A program made the position numbers and the translations under genes. 64,000 nt of DNA from Methanocaldococcus indicus (GTDB taxonomy: Archaea; AGJL01; Methanococci; Methanococcales; Methanocaldococcaceae): positions 288,001-352,000 of the forward strand of contig NZ_CP186926.1 of NCBI RefSeq assembly GCF_049554935.1. The letters run 5' to 3'. Under the pieces are notes generated by a model that saw only the letters and a list, made by a program, of their open reading frames with translations, had not been told where the DNA came from and made no database searches. The stretch's first letter is position 1, and each line of letters opens with the position of its first letter. Positions 30,492 to 40,515 of the stretch are shown here, one piece after another.

Positions 30492-31283
30492 TTATTGTTT
30501 AGAGTATGTCCAAATCATATTATCTTTATCTTTATTATCTAATAATTCATTTAATAGTTCATCTAAATCATTAACAACTTTCGAGTCTTTAATAGTTTCT
30601 TTACCTTCATAATACTCTCTTGGTTTATTTATCCATTTCATTTCTTCAAATTTAATTTTACCATAACCTCTACTTCCACTACCACCTAAGTAGTCATCTT
30701 CTAACAACTTCATACCTTCAATAAATTTTTTAATTAGTTCTATATCATTTTCATTATAGATGTTAAAAACAATTTCAAATTTAAATTTACTTCCAGCTAC
30801 AACCCTCTCTGTATTTCTAACTCCTCCTTTAACTGTTGTTCCTTTTATTCTGTCTATTGTATTCTCTACTTTTATTTCTAAATAGTCATAATGATTTTTA
30901 CCTTCATCTGGCTCTAAATAGGCATCTCTAACAATTACTCTAACAGGATCTTCTATATTGTTAGATTGATGAGGTCCAAATAATTTACATATTTCACATA
31001 ATCCACATTCACATGGTTTTCCATCATTTTTAGGTTTTTTTTCTTTTTTATTATTTTCGTCTCTTTTATAAGTTCCATATACTTTTTCTAATAAAGCTCT
31101 AATTTTTCCTTTGAGAGAACTTCCAGGAATTAAAACATTGTCGAATTTATCTTTTATAACAGGGTTGTCAGTACCTCCAATTTTTAAAGTTTCTTTTGTT
31201 CCACCAATGTGCATTCCAGTTAATAACCTAATTTTTCCTTCTAATATGAGTTTTCCTTTTAAAGTTTGTTGATTTTCAGCCAT
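30492..31283 (-). CDS. csm3: Type III-A backbone endoribonuclease Csm3
   Basis: TGMHIGG, GGTDNPV (catalytic Asp), IPGSSLKGKIR, Zn site CECGLCEIC and LGGSGSRGYG. Confidence 0.95.
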   Translation of the reverse strand: MAENQQTLKGKLILEGKIRLLTGMHIGGTKETLKIGGTDNPVIKDKFDNVLIPGSSLKGKIRALLEKVYGTYKRDENNKKEKKPKNDGKPCECGLCEICKLFGPHQSNNIEDPVRVIVRDAYLEPDEGKNHYDYLEIKVENTIDRIKGTTVKGGVRNTERVVAGSKFKFEIVFNIYNENDIELIKKFIEGMKLLEDDYLGGSGSRGYGKIKFEEMKWINKPREYYEGKETIKDSKVVNDLDELLNELLDNKDKDNMIWTYSKQ

Positions 31284-31299
31284 TTATTATCCCTCTTTT

Positions 31300-31701
31300 T
31301 TATTGTGATTTAGCATAAATCTTGTGATAAGCAACAACTGCCTCAAAGAATGTCTTAAAACTTTTGAATTTATTTATATCTTGATTAATTTCATCAATAA
31401 TTTTACTAAAAGTTCCTGTTAATTTTTCTAAAGCTTCTTTTTTATTTCTATTAGTCTCTTTTCCATAAGTATATGCCAATTTTGGTTTTAGAAGAACTAA
31501 CTTCATATACCAATTATCATCTTTTTCATCAATCTTTAATACATAGTCATAAAATTCTCTAAATTTTGATGCTGATATTTGTTCATACTCTTTTGCCAAT
31601 CTTTCTGCAATTTCTATTATTTTATTTGCATTATCTTTGTTTATATTAAGAATTTCTTTGATTTCATTATCACTCAAGATACATTTTCCAATATTTGGCA
31701 T
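31300..31701 (-). CDS. csm2: Type III-A small subunit Csm2
   Basis: FREFYD, LKPKLAY and [10 protein letters not shown] motifs. Confidence 0.92.
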   Translation of the reverse strand: MPNIGKCILSDNEIKEILNINKDNANKIIEIAERLAKEYEQISASKFREFYDYVLKIDEKDDNWYMKLVLLKPKLAYTYGKETNRNKKEALEKLTGTFSKIIDEINQDINKFKSFKTFFEAVVAYHKIYAKSQ

Positions 31702-34389
31702 TTAACCACCTCTATTTCTAAGTTCTACAATTTTGGCAGATACTTTTAAGTCATTAAAGTTTAGATTTATTTTCTTTTCAGGTTCTAACTTGCTAAATAT
31801 AACTTTCTTAGTTTTTTCTTTTATATATTCTTTTAAAAACTTGACATCTTTATTTAGCTCATTAGTTTTATTGTCTTTATAGTTCCTATGTAGATAGTAG
31901 AGAATTCTCCAATAGTATGGAATATTTACAATTATTTCTTTATTATTTTCTTTAACAACATTCTCCAATCTTAAACCAACAATTTGAGCAATATGTAATA
32001 TTCTTTTTTTCTCAGTTTTCTTAATAGCATTTTCAAATTTTTCCTCCAATATATCTTCATTGTATTTTTTAATTAGGTTAGTGTCATTGTATTTTACAAA
32101 ATCTAAGATATCTTTATAGTATTTGTCTAAGATGTTATTATTTACTTCTTTAATTTTATTGAACTTTTCCCAAAAGTTCTCATCATAATAAACTTCTAAA
32201 TCCCAATTCATTGGACATCCAAATATTGTTAAAGAATTCTTCTCCAATTTTATATTTTTGTCTTTATTTTCATAAATAATATTTTCTTTACTTTTTTCTA
32301 ACTCTTCTTCTGCTAAATTAACAGTTTTTTTATACTCAAATTTAGGATTTGTTAAAATAATTCCAGCACTTAGTGTTATAAATGGGTTGTAGCACACAAA
32401 TTCTTTAAATTTTTTTCTTATCTCCTTTGCTAATTCCCAAACTTTGTCCCAAGCTCCACTTATTAGTGTATCATCCCCACCTGCATAAACTAAATAGACA
32501 TCATCTTTATATTTTGTTTTGATTAGATATGGAATATATCCTGTAAAGAATAAAGTTAAGAAAAAACTAAGTGTGCTTATTCTTGATAAACTTGCATATC
32601 TTGTATTTATTCCAAATCCTTGTGTAAAAATAACTCCTAAGTTATCAACATCCATTTTTAAAGTTGCTATTTTATTTGTTCCTGTTCTTTCTTTTGCCTG
32701 CTCACCTAAAATGCTAAAATCTTTAATTTTTATTTTTTCATTTTCACCATTTTCAGTTGGGAATGCAATACACCATATTTTGTATGGAATTACAAGCTCT
32801 CCATTGTTATCTGGAAGATAATATTTATCTAAGAAATACTCTTTATTATCTAATAATTTAAATGTTTTATCTAATTCACTTATTATTGGTAGTTCTTTAA
32901 AGCTAAATTCTTCAAATTTATTAGTATCTTTATTTTTAGCTTTTTTAACTGTTGTTTTAAATTTCTTTGTGAAATCTATTTCATTATTAGATTGTTTAAG
33001 TATATCTGTTAATGCTATAAAAGACGCACAATATTCACAAATTTCTCTATGACCTTCTAAATAGTAGCTATTTTCTTTATCTTTAAGTTCTTTTTTACAA
33101 ATACTACATCTATCTTCATAACCTTTATCTATTGGTTCAAATATTTCTTTTAATTTATAACTAAATCTTTTTAGTTTCTTTTTGATAGTTTCATCAGATA
33201 CCTCTTTCCATTTATTTGAAAAGTTTTTAAAATCATTTAAAGATACATCTACCTTAGCTAAATTTAAATAAAGTTTATTTTTAAACATCTCAAATAAAAT
33301 GTCATTTATCTCTTGTTCAAATTCATTTATTCCTTCATCATCTATTTTATAGCTTAAAATATAGAAATGTCCTCCTCCACAAAAGATAATATTAGATATA
33401 GACAAATTCAACTCTTTACAAATATATTTAGCAAAATATTCAGTTAGAAAATCTAAGAAAAAGCTTCTACCTTTTAATGACTTAGTGGCTCCTTTTGACA
33501 CTATACTAAAAATAAAATCTTGAATTCCTGATATATCTCCATGAATTAATGAAAAAATTTTATCTTCCCATTTATCTTCCCAATTTTTACCATTTAAATA
33601 TTTTTTAATATCTTCATCAGTTATTCTTTTATTTTTATATAATCTATATAAACAGCAAGCTATTGCACATGTTATTTTAGAATGGTCATATAAAGAGACA
33701 TCTGGGATAGAACCTTTTAGCTCATCTTTTGATATCCAAAGAGTTGCTGATGGAATACACCAAAAATATTGTTGAATTAATTGTAACAACTCTTCAAAAG
33801 TAACATCTTCTTTAAAAAATTGACTTAGTTCTTTTTCAAAGTTAGTTAAATATTCACTATAATCAATATTTGGATATGGTTTGTTTGTAAATATAGCATC
33901 TTTTATATTCAAAGGTTTTAAATCATATTTAAATCCATTTTTATAGATTTCATAATAGTAAGATGATAAATCATTTGTTTTTAAATCTTCTTCAAGTTCT
34001 TTAAGTATCATAACACTCTCAAATATGGACAATAATGCCTGATATTCTTTATTTTCAATACTTTCAAGATTTTCATCACTTTCATTTGGTGGTTTCTCTC
34101 TTTCCCCACTACTTAACCAATCTGCTAATCTAACTATACCAATTAATCCTGTTTTTTTGGAGTCATTATGATGATTTTTTACAATATCTAAAATTAAATT
34201 TTTTTCTTCATCAGTTAAATCTTTCAAAAATCCTTCTTCAAATTTATCTTTTAAAAATTCATATCCTATTTCCCAATGATGCTTTTTTCTTATATTTTTA
34301 GCTCTTTGAACAAATTTACCAATATCATGTAAAAGAGCTCCAATTTGTAAAGCTTTATATTCATCCATATATCTCCACCTATACAACAA
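31702..34389 (-). CDS. cas10: Cas10/Csm1 with HD nuclease and GGDD cyclase Palm domain
   Basis: ALLHDIGK, ADWLSSGER, GDISGIQDFI, GGGHF, CSIC..CEYC, KMDVDNLG and YAGGDD. Likely start MDEYK. Confidence 0.96.
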   Translation of the reverse strand: MLYRWRYMDEYKALQIGALLHDIGKFVQRAKNIRKKHHWEIGYEFLKDKFEEGFLKDLTDEEKNLILDIVKNHHNDSKKTGLIGIVRLADWLSSGEREKPPNESDENLESIENKEYQALLSIFESVMILKELEEDLKTNDLSSYYYEIYKNGFKYDLKPLNIKDAIFTNKPYPNIDYSEYLTNFEKELSQFFKEDVTFEELLQLIQQYFWCIPSATLWISKDELKGSIPDVSLYDHSKITCAIACCLYRLYKNKRITDEDIKKYLNGKNWEDKWEDKIFSLIHGDISGIQDFIFSIVSKGATKSLKGRSFFLDFLTEYFAKYICKELNLSISNIIFCGGGHFYILSYKIDDEGINEFEQEINDILFEMFKNKLYLNLAKVDVSLNDFKNFSNKWKEVSDETIKKKLKRFSYKLKEIFEPIDKGYEDRCSICKKELKDKENSYYLEGHREICEYCASFIALTDILKQSNNEIDFTKKFKTTVKKAKNKDTNKFEEFSFKELPIISELDKTFKLLDNKEYFLDKYYLPDNNGELVIPYKIWCIAFPTENGENEKIKIKDFSILGEQAKERTGTNKIATLKMDVDNLGVIFTQGFGINTRYASLSRISTLSFFLTLFFTGYIPYLIKTKYKDDVYLVYAGGDDTLISGAWDKVWELAKEIRKKFKEFVCYNPFITLSAGIILTNPKFEYKKTVNLAEEELEKSKENIIYENKDKNIKLEKNSLTIFGCPMNWDLEVYYDENFWEKFNKIKEVNNNILDKYYKDILDFVKYNDTNLIKKYNEDILEEKFENAIKKTEKKRILHIAQIVGLRLENVVKENNKEIIVNIPYYWRILYYLHRNYKDNKTNELNKDVKFLKEYIKEKTKKVIFSKLEPEKKINLNFNDLKVSAKIVELRNRGG

Positions 34390-34432
34390 ATAATATTATA
34401 ATGAAAATATAAATATTTTACTATTAAATAAA

Positions 34433-35164
34433 TTAATAAATATCAAATAGCTCTCCAAAGGTTATTTTTTTATCAACCTTTACTAACTCTGGAATTTTTC
34501 CTTTTATTCCCACTAAATCATCTATAACAATAAAAACTCCATCTATTCCTTCAATATCATCTGCTCTCTCCAAAGCTTTATTTATCATTTCTTCCTTATT
34601 TTTACCAATTGTATAATTACAGATTGCAGTTGCTGCTGCATCTGCTAATGCTGCACTTTTTGCAAAAACTGTTACTGAATCAGCATATCCAAAGCTTATA
34701 GAATGTCCTATTTTAGCTGAGGATGTTGCTACACCATAAATTTTTTTATTTTTTATTCTAAATGCAATCTCCCCACTAATTTTAGAATTTCCAGAATAGA
34801 GAGCAACAATGACATCTTTACCTCTTAAAGCTATATCTCCACCATTTTCAGCAATAATAAAATTAGTATCTATTTTTTTAACAACCATTTCAGAAATTGC
34901 TCCTGCAACAGATGCCATAGGTCCAGTATTTGCTTTAAAAGCAGAGGAGAGCATTAAATTAATAATTTCATCATCACTCTCTATATCAATTGGCTCTAAA
35001 GATGATAAAAAATAAGGATGTTCTAAAATAAATCTCTCAATCTTAGCTCTACAATCTAAAATTATCTCTTTTGCTAATTTAAAATATTTAGGATTGTCTA
35101 AAATTATATTAATGTTGGTTTCTTTAATTGAAAATCTTTTTTTATATTTCTTCATAGTTATCAA
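34433..35164 (-). CDS. UPF0280/ApbE-like protein
   Basis: GPMASVAGAI, ENGGDI, GHSISFG and ALADAAATA motifs. Confidence 0.88.
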   Translation of the reverse strand: MITMKKYKKRFSIKETNINIILDNPKYFKLAKEIILDCRAKIERFILEHPYFLSSLEPIDIESDDEIINLMLSSAFKANTGPMASVAGAISEMVVKKIDTNFIIAENGGDIALRGKDVIVALYSGNSKISGEIAFRIKNKKIYGVATSSAKIGHSISFGYADSVTVFAKSAALADAAATAICNYTIGKNKEEMINKALERADDIEGIDGVFIVIDDLVGIKGKIPELVKVDKKITFGELFDIY

Positions 35165-35175
35165 AAAAAGAAATT

Positions 35176-35829
35176 TTATAGATCTAAAGGAACTCCTATC
35201 TCTGGAATTACAACATCTACTCCTAAAGGCTCAACTTTTTTAATAAATTCATTAACATCTACTTCAATTGCTGGGAATGTGTTATAATGCATTGGAATAA
35301 CAACCTCAGGATATATTAGTTCAGTTGCTATAACTGCCTCATCAATTCCCATTGTATATCTTCCACCTATTGGTAGAAGAGCTACCTTAGGAGCATATAA
35401 ATCTCCTATTAATTCCATATCCCCAAATAAAGCAGTATCTCCTGCATGATATACTCTATCATTAACTATATATCCAACAGCTACTCCTCCACTTATTGTT
35501 GGTGAAATATCAGCTGAATGCTCTGCCTTAACCATAGTTAATTTTGCATTATTGACTATTATAGAGCCTCCTATATTCATATCAATTGCATTAACTCCTC
35601 TCTCTGTTAGATATTGATAAATCTCATAGATACATACAACTGGAACATTAAACTCTTTTGCCAATTGTTCAGCATTACCTAAATGGTCTCCATGTCCATG
35701 TGTAACAGCTATTACATCTACTCCTTCCATAATCTCTTCAATTGGCAAATTACACAAAGGATTTGGAACAAATGGGTCAATCAAGACATTATCTATTTTA
35801 AAGCATGCATGTCCATACCATGTAATCAT
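35176..35829 (-). CDS. Metallo-beta-lactamase-fold hydrolase (UPF0173)
   Basis: ITWYGHA, THGHGDH, YHAGDT and IPMHYNTFP motifs. Confidence 0.9.
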   Translation of the reverse strand: MITWYGHACFKIDNVLIDPFVPNPLCNLPIEEIMEGVDVIAVTHGHGDHLGNAEQLAKEFNVPVVCIYEIYQYLTERGVNAIDMNIGGSIIVNNAKLTMVKAEHSADISPTISGGVAVGYIVNDRVYHAGDTALFGDMELIGDLYAPKVALLPIGGRYTMGIDEAVIATELIYPEVVIPMHYNTFPAIEVDVNEFIKKVEPLGVDVVIPEIGVPLDL

Positions 35830-35994
35830 TTTTTCACCTCCCTTCTAAATAATAATATTAACAAAATTATTATTTATTTTTATTTATCTCTTAATATCGT
35901 TTGAACAAATTTTTATTTTTATTTTTTTATATATACGGATGAAATATTTAAATACCATAACATTACAAACAATAATATTAGTATTGTTCTTTTT

Positions 35995-38409
35995 GTGATT
36001 TTTATGATTAATATTAAAGAGCTTGAAAAAGAGTATAATACTAATATAGAGACTGGTTTAAGTTTAAAGGAAGTTGAAGAAAGATTAAAAAAATATGGCT
36101 ATAATGAGATTCCAGAAAAGAAAGTAAATCCAATTATTAAATTTTTATCTTATTTTTGGAATCCAATTGCTTGGATGATTGAATTAGCAGCTATTTTATC
36201 AATTATTATCAAACATTGGATAGATTTTATTATAATTATGACTTTACTTTTAATGAATGGATTAGTAGGATTTTGGGAAGAACATAAAGCTGAAAATGTT
36301 ATTGAATTTTTAAAGCAAAAAATGGCTTTAAATGCAAAAGTATTAAGAGAAGGTAAATGGAAAGAGATACCTGCAAGAGAGTTAGTTGTTGGAGATATTG
36401 TGAAGGTTAAAATAGGAGATATAGTCCCAGCAGATATTATATTAATAAAAGGGGAGTATTTAGTAGTTGATGAATCTGCCCTAACAGGAGAAAGCTTACC
36501 AGTTGAAAAAAAGGTTGGAGATATTGCATATTCTGGTTCAATTGTCAAAAAAGGAGAAATGATTGGAATTGTTAAAGCTACTGGATTAAATACATATTTT
36601 GGTAAAACTGTCCAACTTGTAGAAAAAACCAAAGATGTTAGTTCTTATCAAAAAATGGTCATTAAAATTGGAAATTTTTTAATTATTTTAGCTATTGCAC
36701 TAATTGCTATTATGGTAATTGTTGAAATACTAAGAGGTAAAGATTTAATAGAAACTACACAGTTTGCTTTAATATTGGCTGTATCAGCAATTCCTGCTGC
36801 ATTACCAGCAGTTTTGTCAGTAACTATGGCTATTGGAGCCTTAAACTTAGCTAAAAAAAATGCTATTGTTAAAAAGCTTGTAGCAATTGAAGAACTTGCA
36901 GGAGTAGATATTCTTTGCTCAGACAAAACAGGAACATTAACTAAAAATCAGTTAGTTTGTGGAGATATTGTAGCTTTAAATAACTTTACAAAAGAAGATG
37001 TTATATTATATGCAGCTCTTGCATCAAAAGAAGAAGATAATGATGCAATAGATTTAGCTATAATAAATGAAGCAAAAAAACTCAATTTAATTGATAAAAT
37101 TAAAAAATACAAAATTAAAAAATTTATTCCTTTTGACCCAGTTATTAAAAGAACTGAAGCAGAAGTTAGTAATGATGAAGAGTTTAAAGTTTCAAAAGGA
37201 GCACCACAAGTTATCTTAGAGTTATGCAATGCTGACAATGAACTAAAAAAGAAAGTTGAAGAGATTGTTGAAAAATTAGCTGAAAATGGTTATAGAGCTT
37301 TAGGTGTTGCAGTATATAAAAACAATAAATGGCATTTTGTTGGAATAATTCCATTGTATGACCCTCCAAGAGAAGATGCACCATTAGCTGTTAAAAAAAT
37401 TAAAGAGCTTGGAGTTAATATAAAGATGGTAACAGGAGACCATATTGCCATAGCCAAGAATATAGCAAGGATGTTAAATATTGGAGATAAAATAATATCT
37501 ATTAGAGAATTGATAGAAAAACTTAAAAATAACAAAATTAAAAAAGAAGAATTCATTGATATGATTGAAAAATCTGATGGATTTGCAGAAGTATTTCCTG
37601 AACATAAATATGAAATTGTAAAGTCTCTCCAAGAAAAAGGACATTTTGTTGCCATGACTGGGGATGGAGTTAATGATGCTCCTGCTTTAAAAAAAGCTGA
37701 TTGTGGGATAGCGGTATCTAATGCAACAGATGCAGCAAGAGCAGCAGCTGATATAGTTTTATTATCTCCTGGACTTTCTGTTATAGTTGATGCAATTAGA
37801 GAAGCAAGAAGAATATTTAGAAGGATGGAAAGTTATATTTTATATAGAATTGCAGAAACTATAAGAGTGTTGTTTTTTGTTGAATTGTGTATATTATTAT
37901 TAGGAATATATCCAATAACTGCATTAATGATTGTCTTATTAGCTATATTAAATGATATTCCTATATTAGCTATTGCTTATGATAATGTTGTAGAACCTAA
38001 ACTTCCAGTATCTTGGAATATGAAAGAACTTTTAACACTATCTACTGTATTAGGATTTAGTGGAGTTGTTAGCTCATTTATTATATTTTATATGGCATTT
38101 AGATTTCTCCATTTAACAATTCCAGAACTCCAAAGCTTTGTATTTCTAAAATTAATTATAGAAGGACACTCAACAATATTTGTAACAAGAATAAAAGATA
38201 GATTATGGAAAAAACCATATCCTAATAGCTTATTATTTTGGGGAATAATGGGAACTAATATCATTGGAACAATAGTCTCAGCAGAAGGTATATTTATGGC
38301 CTCTATTGGTTGGGGATTAGCTTTATTTATGTGGATTTATGCACATATATGGATGTTAATAAATGATGAAATAAAAATTTGGCTACTAAAAAGATTAAAA
38401 AGCTTATAA
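35995..38409 (+). CDS. P-type ATPase, P3A (plasma-membrane H+-ATPase-like)
   Basis: TGES, CSDKTGTLT, KGAP, DPPR, TGDGVNDAPALK and ILND in TM6. Confidence 0.92.
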   Translation: MIFMINIKELEKEYNTNIETGLSLKEVEERLKKYGYNEIPEKKVNPIIKFLSYFWNPIAWMIELAAILSIIIKHWIDFIIIMTLLLMNGLVGFWEEHKAENVIEFLKQKMALNAKVLREGKWKEIPARELVVGDIVKVKIGDIVPADIILIKGEYLVVDESALTGESLPVEKKVGDIAYSGSIVKKGEMIGIVKATGLNTYFGKTVQLVEKTKDVSSYQKMVIKIGNFLIILAIALIAIMVIVEILRGKDLIETTQFALILAVSAIPAALPAVLSVTMAIGALNLAKKNAIVKKLVAIEELAGVDILCSDKTGTLTKNQLVCGDIVALNNFTKEDVILYAALASKEEDNDAIDLAIINEAKKLNLIDKIKKYKIKKFIPFDPVIKRTEAEVSNDEEFKVSKGAPQVILELCNADNELKKKVEEIVEKLAENGYRALGVAVYKNNKWHFVGIIPLYDPPREDAPLAVKKIKELGVNIKMVTGDHIAIAKNIARMLNIGDKIISIRELIEKLKNNKIKKEEFIDMIEKSDGFAEVFPEHKYEIVKSLQEKGHFVAMTGDGVNDAPALKKADCGIAVSNATDAARAAADIVLLSPGLSVIVDAIREARRIFRRMESYILYRIAETIRVLFFVELCILLLGIYPITALMIVLLAILNDIPILAIAYDNVVEPKLPVSWNMKELLTLSTVLGFSGVVSSFIIFYMAFRFLHLTIPELQSFVFLKLIIEGHSTIFVTRIKDRLWKKPYPNSLLFWGIMGTNIIGTIVSAEGIFMASIGWGLALFMWIYAHIWMLINDEIKIWLLKRLKSL

Positions 38410-38423
38410 AATGAGGATTAAAT

Positions 38424-39587
38424 ATGATTAAGTTGGAGATAGATAAAAAAGCTTATGATTCAATAAAAAATTTTTCAAGGTTGATTTATACAAAAGCTAT
38501 AAAAAATAAAGAAGATTTGCCAAAAAAAGAAGAAATAGTTGTTTTAACATATAAAAATAGATTTGTTGCTAAGGCATTATATAACCCTAACTCAGTTATT
38601 ATTAAAATATTAACTATAAAGGATGAAGATATTGACTACAACTTTTTCTATAAAAGGATATTAGAAGCTAAAAAATATAGGGAAGATATAATAAAATATA
38701 AAAATACATATAGATGGATTTATGCAGAGGCTGATTTTTTACCAAATATAATTTTTGATAAATACAATGAACTTGGAGCTATGCAATTGATGTCTAAGCT
38801 TATTGAAAGAGAGTATTTAAAGGATATTGTTGATATTCTTTTTGAGCTTTCAGACTTAGAAACAATTTATATAAAGAGTGGAAAAAAAGGAGAAAAAGTA
38901 AAAGAGAAAGTTTTTGGAGATAAAAGCAAAAAAGAGACAATAATAACAGAGGGGGAAGCAAAATTTATAGTTAATGTGAAAGGGCATAAGACAGGCTTTT
39001 TTTTAGACCAGAGGGAGAATAGGCTATTTTTAGAGAGATTTGTAAAAGAGGGGGATAGAGTTTTAGATGTCTGTTGTTATACAGGAGGATTCTCTGTCCA
39101 TGCAGCTTTAAGAGGAGGTTATGTTGTTGGAGTAGATTTATCTAAAAAAGCTTTAAAAGTTGCTGAGGAAAATATGGAACTTAACAAAATCCCAAAAGAC
39201 AGTTATGAATTTATTGAAGGTAATGCCTTTGAAGTTATGGAATCTTTCTTAAATGATAATATATCCTTTGATACCGTTATCTTAGACCCTCCTGCCTTTG
39301 CCCAATCTAAAAAATCTCTTAAAAATGCTTTAAAAGGTTATTCTTCATTAAATTACTTAGGATTAAAATTAGCAAATAGAATTTTTGTTACTTGTTCCTG
39401 TTCTCATCATGTTGATAGAGAATTATTTAAAAAAACTGTCTTTTCATCAGCTTTTAGAGCTAAAAAAGAGCTTATCTTAATAGATTACAAAGGACAAGCT
39501 TATGACCATCCAATAACATTAGCAAACAAAAATTTAGAATATCTTAAATGTATATTTAGCTATGTGAGAGGCCAAGCTGAGCGGTAG
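38424..39587 (+). CDS. RlmI-like PUA + SAM-dependent RNA methyltransferase
   Basis: KTGFFLDQRENR, CYTGGFS, ILDPPAF, TCSCS and DHP motifs. Confidence 0.88.
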   Translation: MIKLEIDKKAYDSIKNFSRLIYTKAIKNKEDLPKKEEIVVLTYKNRFVAKALYNPNSVIIKILTIKDEDIDYNFFYKRILEAKKYREDIIKYKNTYRWIYAEADFLPNIIFDKYNELGAMQLMSKLIEREYLKDIVDILFELSDLETIYIKSGKKGEKVKEKVFGDKSKKETIITEGEAKFIVNVKGHKTGFFLDQRENRLFLERFVKEGDRVLDVCCYTGGFSVHAALRGGYVVGVDLSKKALKVAEENMELNKIPKDSYEFIEGNAFEVMESFLNDNISFDTVILDPPAFAQSKKSLKNALKGYSSLNYLGLKLANRIFVTCSCSHHVDRELFKKTVFSSAFRAKKELILIDYKGQAYDHPITLANKNLEYLKCIFSYVRGQAER

Positions 39588-39713
39588 TCATATTCATTGA
39601 GCTTAGCTCTCATCTTACCGCCCGCCCAATTGGCCTCTCTGTATCCCCAACATCGAACCCCGTATCCTCGCAACTAAATAGATAAGCTCAACGGGGCTCG
39701 GCAGTTGGGGACT
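39561..39713 (-). ncRNA. Two-hairpin archaeal H/ACA box guide sRNA
   Basis: GC-rich island. Hairpin 1: TCCCCAAC/GTTGGGGA plus ACA. Hairpin 2: GAGAGGCCAA/TTGGCCTCTC plus ACA. Each has an internal pocket and K-turn-like TGA/GA motifs. AAAATTATATATA promoter about 25 nt upstream. Confidence 0.85.
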
Positions 39714-39765
39714 ATATAAATATTTTTATTTAGAATATATATAATTTTCATTTACTGGTGGAAAT

Positions 39766-40515
39766 ATGAAAATATTAAAAAAATTGAATTTAGTGGAGAT
39801 TATTGTTATTTTATGTATTGTTGTTGCTACACTATCGTTAGGTTACAACTTTTTAATAAAAAATGAAAATAAATATACTTTTGATGGCACTGAGATGTAT
39901 AAATGTGCCTGGGTAGCTAATAACATTCTAAATAAGGGATTTCCATTAAAAGCTTATATTGAAGGACATTTTAGAGGAGGAAAACCATTTAATGGGACTG
40001 TTGAGATAGTTAAAGCTCATGGAGGAACATTACATGCAATATACAACAACTCAATAATAACAATAGGGGGAGAATTAGCTTATAAGGAAGATATTGCAGC
40101 AAAAAAAATAAAACTTATTCCTATTGGGAAAGCAATAATTATTGAGAAAGTTAAACCAATAGAGGCAAATAATTTTAAAGATATATATATAAAAATTTTA
40201 AATATCTCTAACAAGTATAAAAAATACAATATTAGAACAATTTATTTAATAGGTAGTTTTGGAGTAGATAGTAAAACATATACACCAAGTGAAAGACAAC
40301 AAATAAACAACAAATTATATGTTGATATAAATAGAGGATTAAATATATTCTATGTTGAAAATGGGACAATTCTAAGCAATAAATTATATTTAGGAACTAT
40401 GGAAAAGTTAGATAGTATATTAAAACCAAAGAAAATAGTTACCTCTGAATTAAAAGTATATATTGTTGTAGATAAAATACCAAAACATTTGGATAATGAG
40501 GTAATAACATTATGA
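39766..40515 (+). CDS. Hypothetical protein with an N-terminal membrane anchor
   Basis: Single N-terminal TM segment, GGTGG RBS, overlaps the next gene. Confidence 0.65.
   Translation: MKILKKLNLVEIIVILCIVVATLSLGYNFLIKNENKYTFDGTEMYKCAWVANNILNKGFPLKAYIEGHFRGGKPFNGTVEIVKAHGGTLHAIYNNSIITIGGELAYKEDIAAKKIKLIPIGKAIIIEKVKPIEANNFKDIYIKILNISNKYKKYNIRTIYLIGSFGVDSKTYTPSERQQINNKLYVDINRGLNIFYVENGTILSNKLYLGTMEKLDSILKPKKIVTSELKVYIVVDKIPKHLDNEVITL

Noticed and set aside
22090-34430. Integrative element at tRNA-Ile carrying the csm genes
   Set aside because: No integrase, transposase or duplicated tRNA 3' end was seen, and housekeeping genes lie between the tRNA and the csm cluster.
39561-39713. Alternative readings of the GC-rich island as SRP RNA, a tRNA, a SECIS element or a MITE
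   Set aside because: Too short for archaeal SRP RNA, no cloverleaf, no upstream in-frame UGA selenoprotein and no terminal inverted repeats. The two hairpin-ACA units explain it better.
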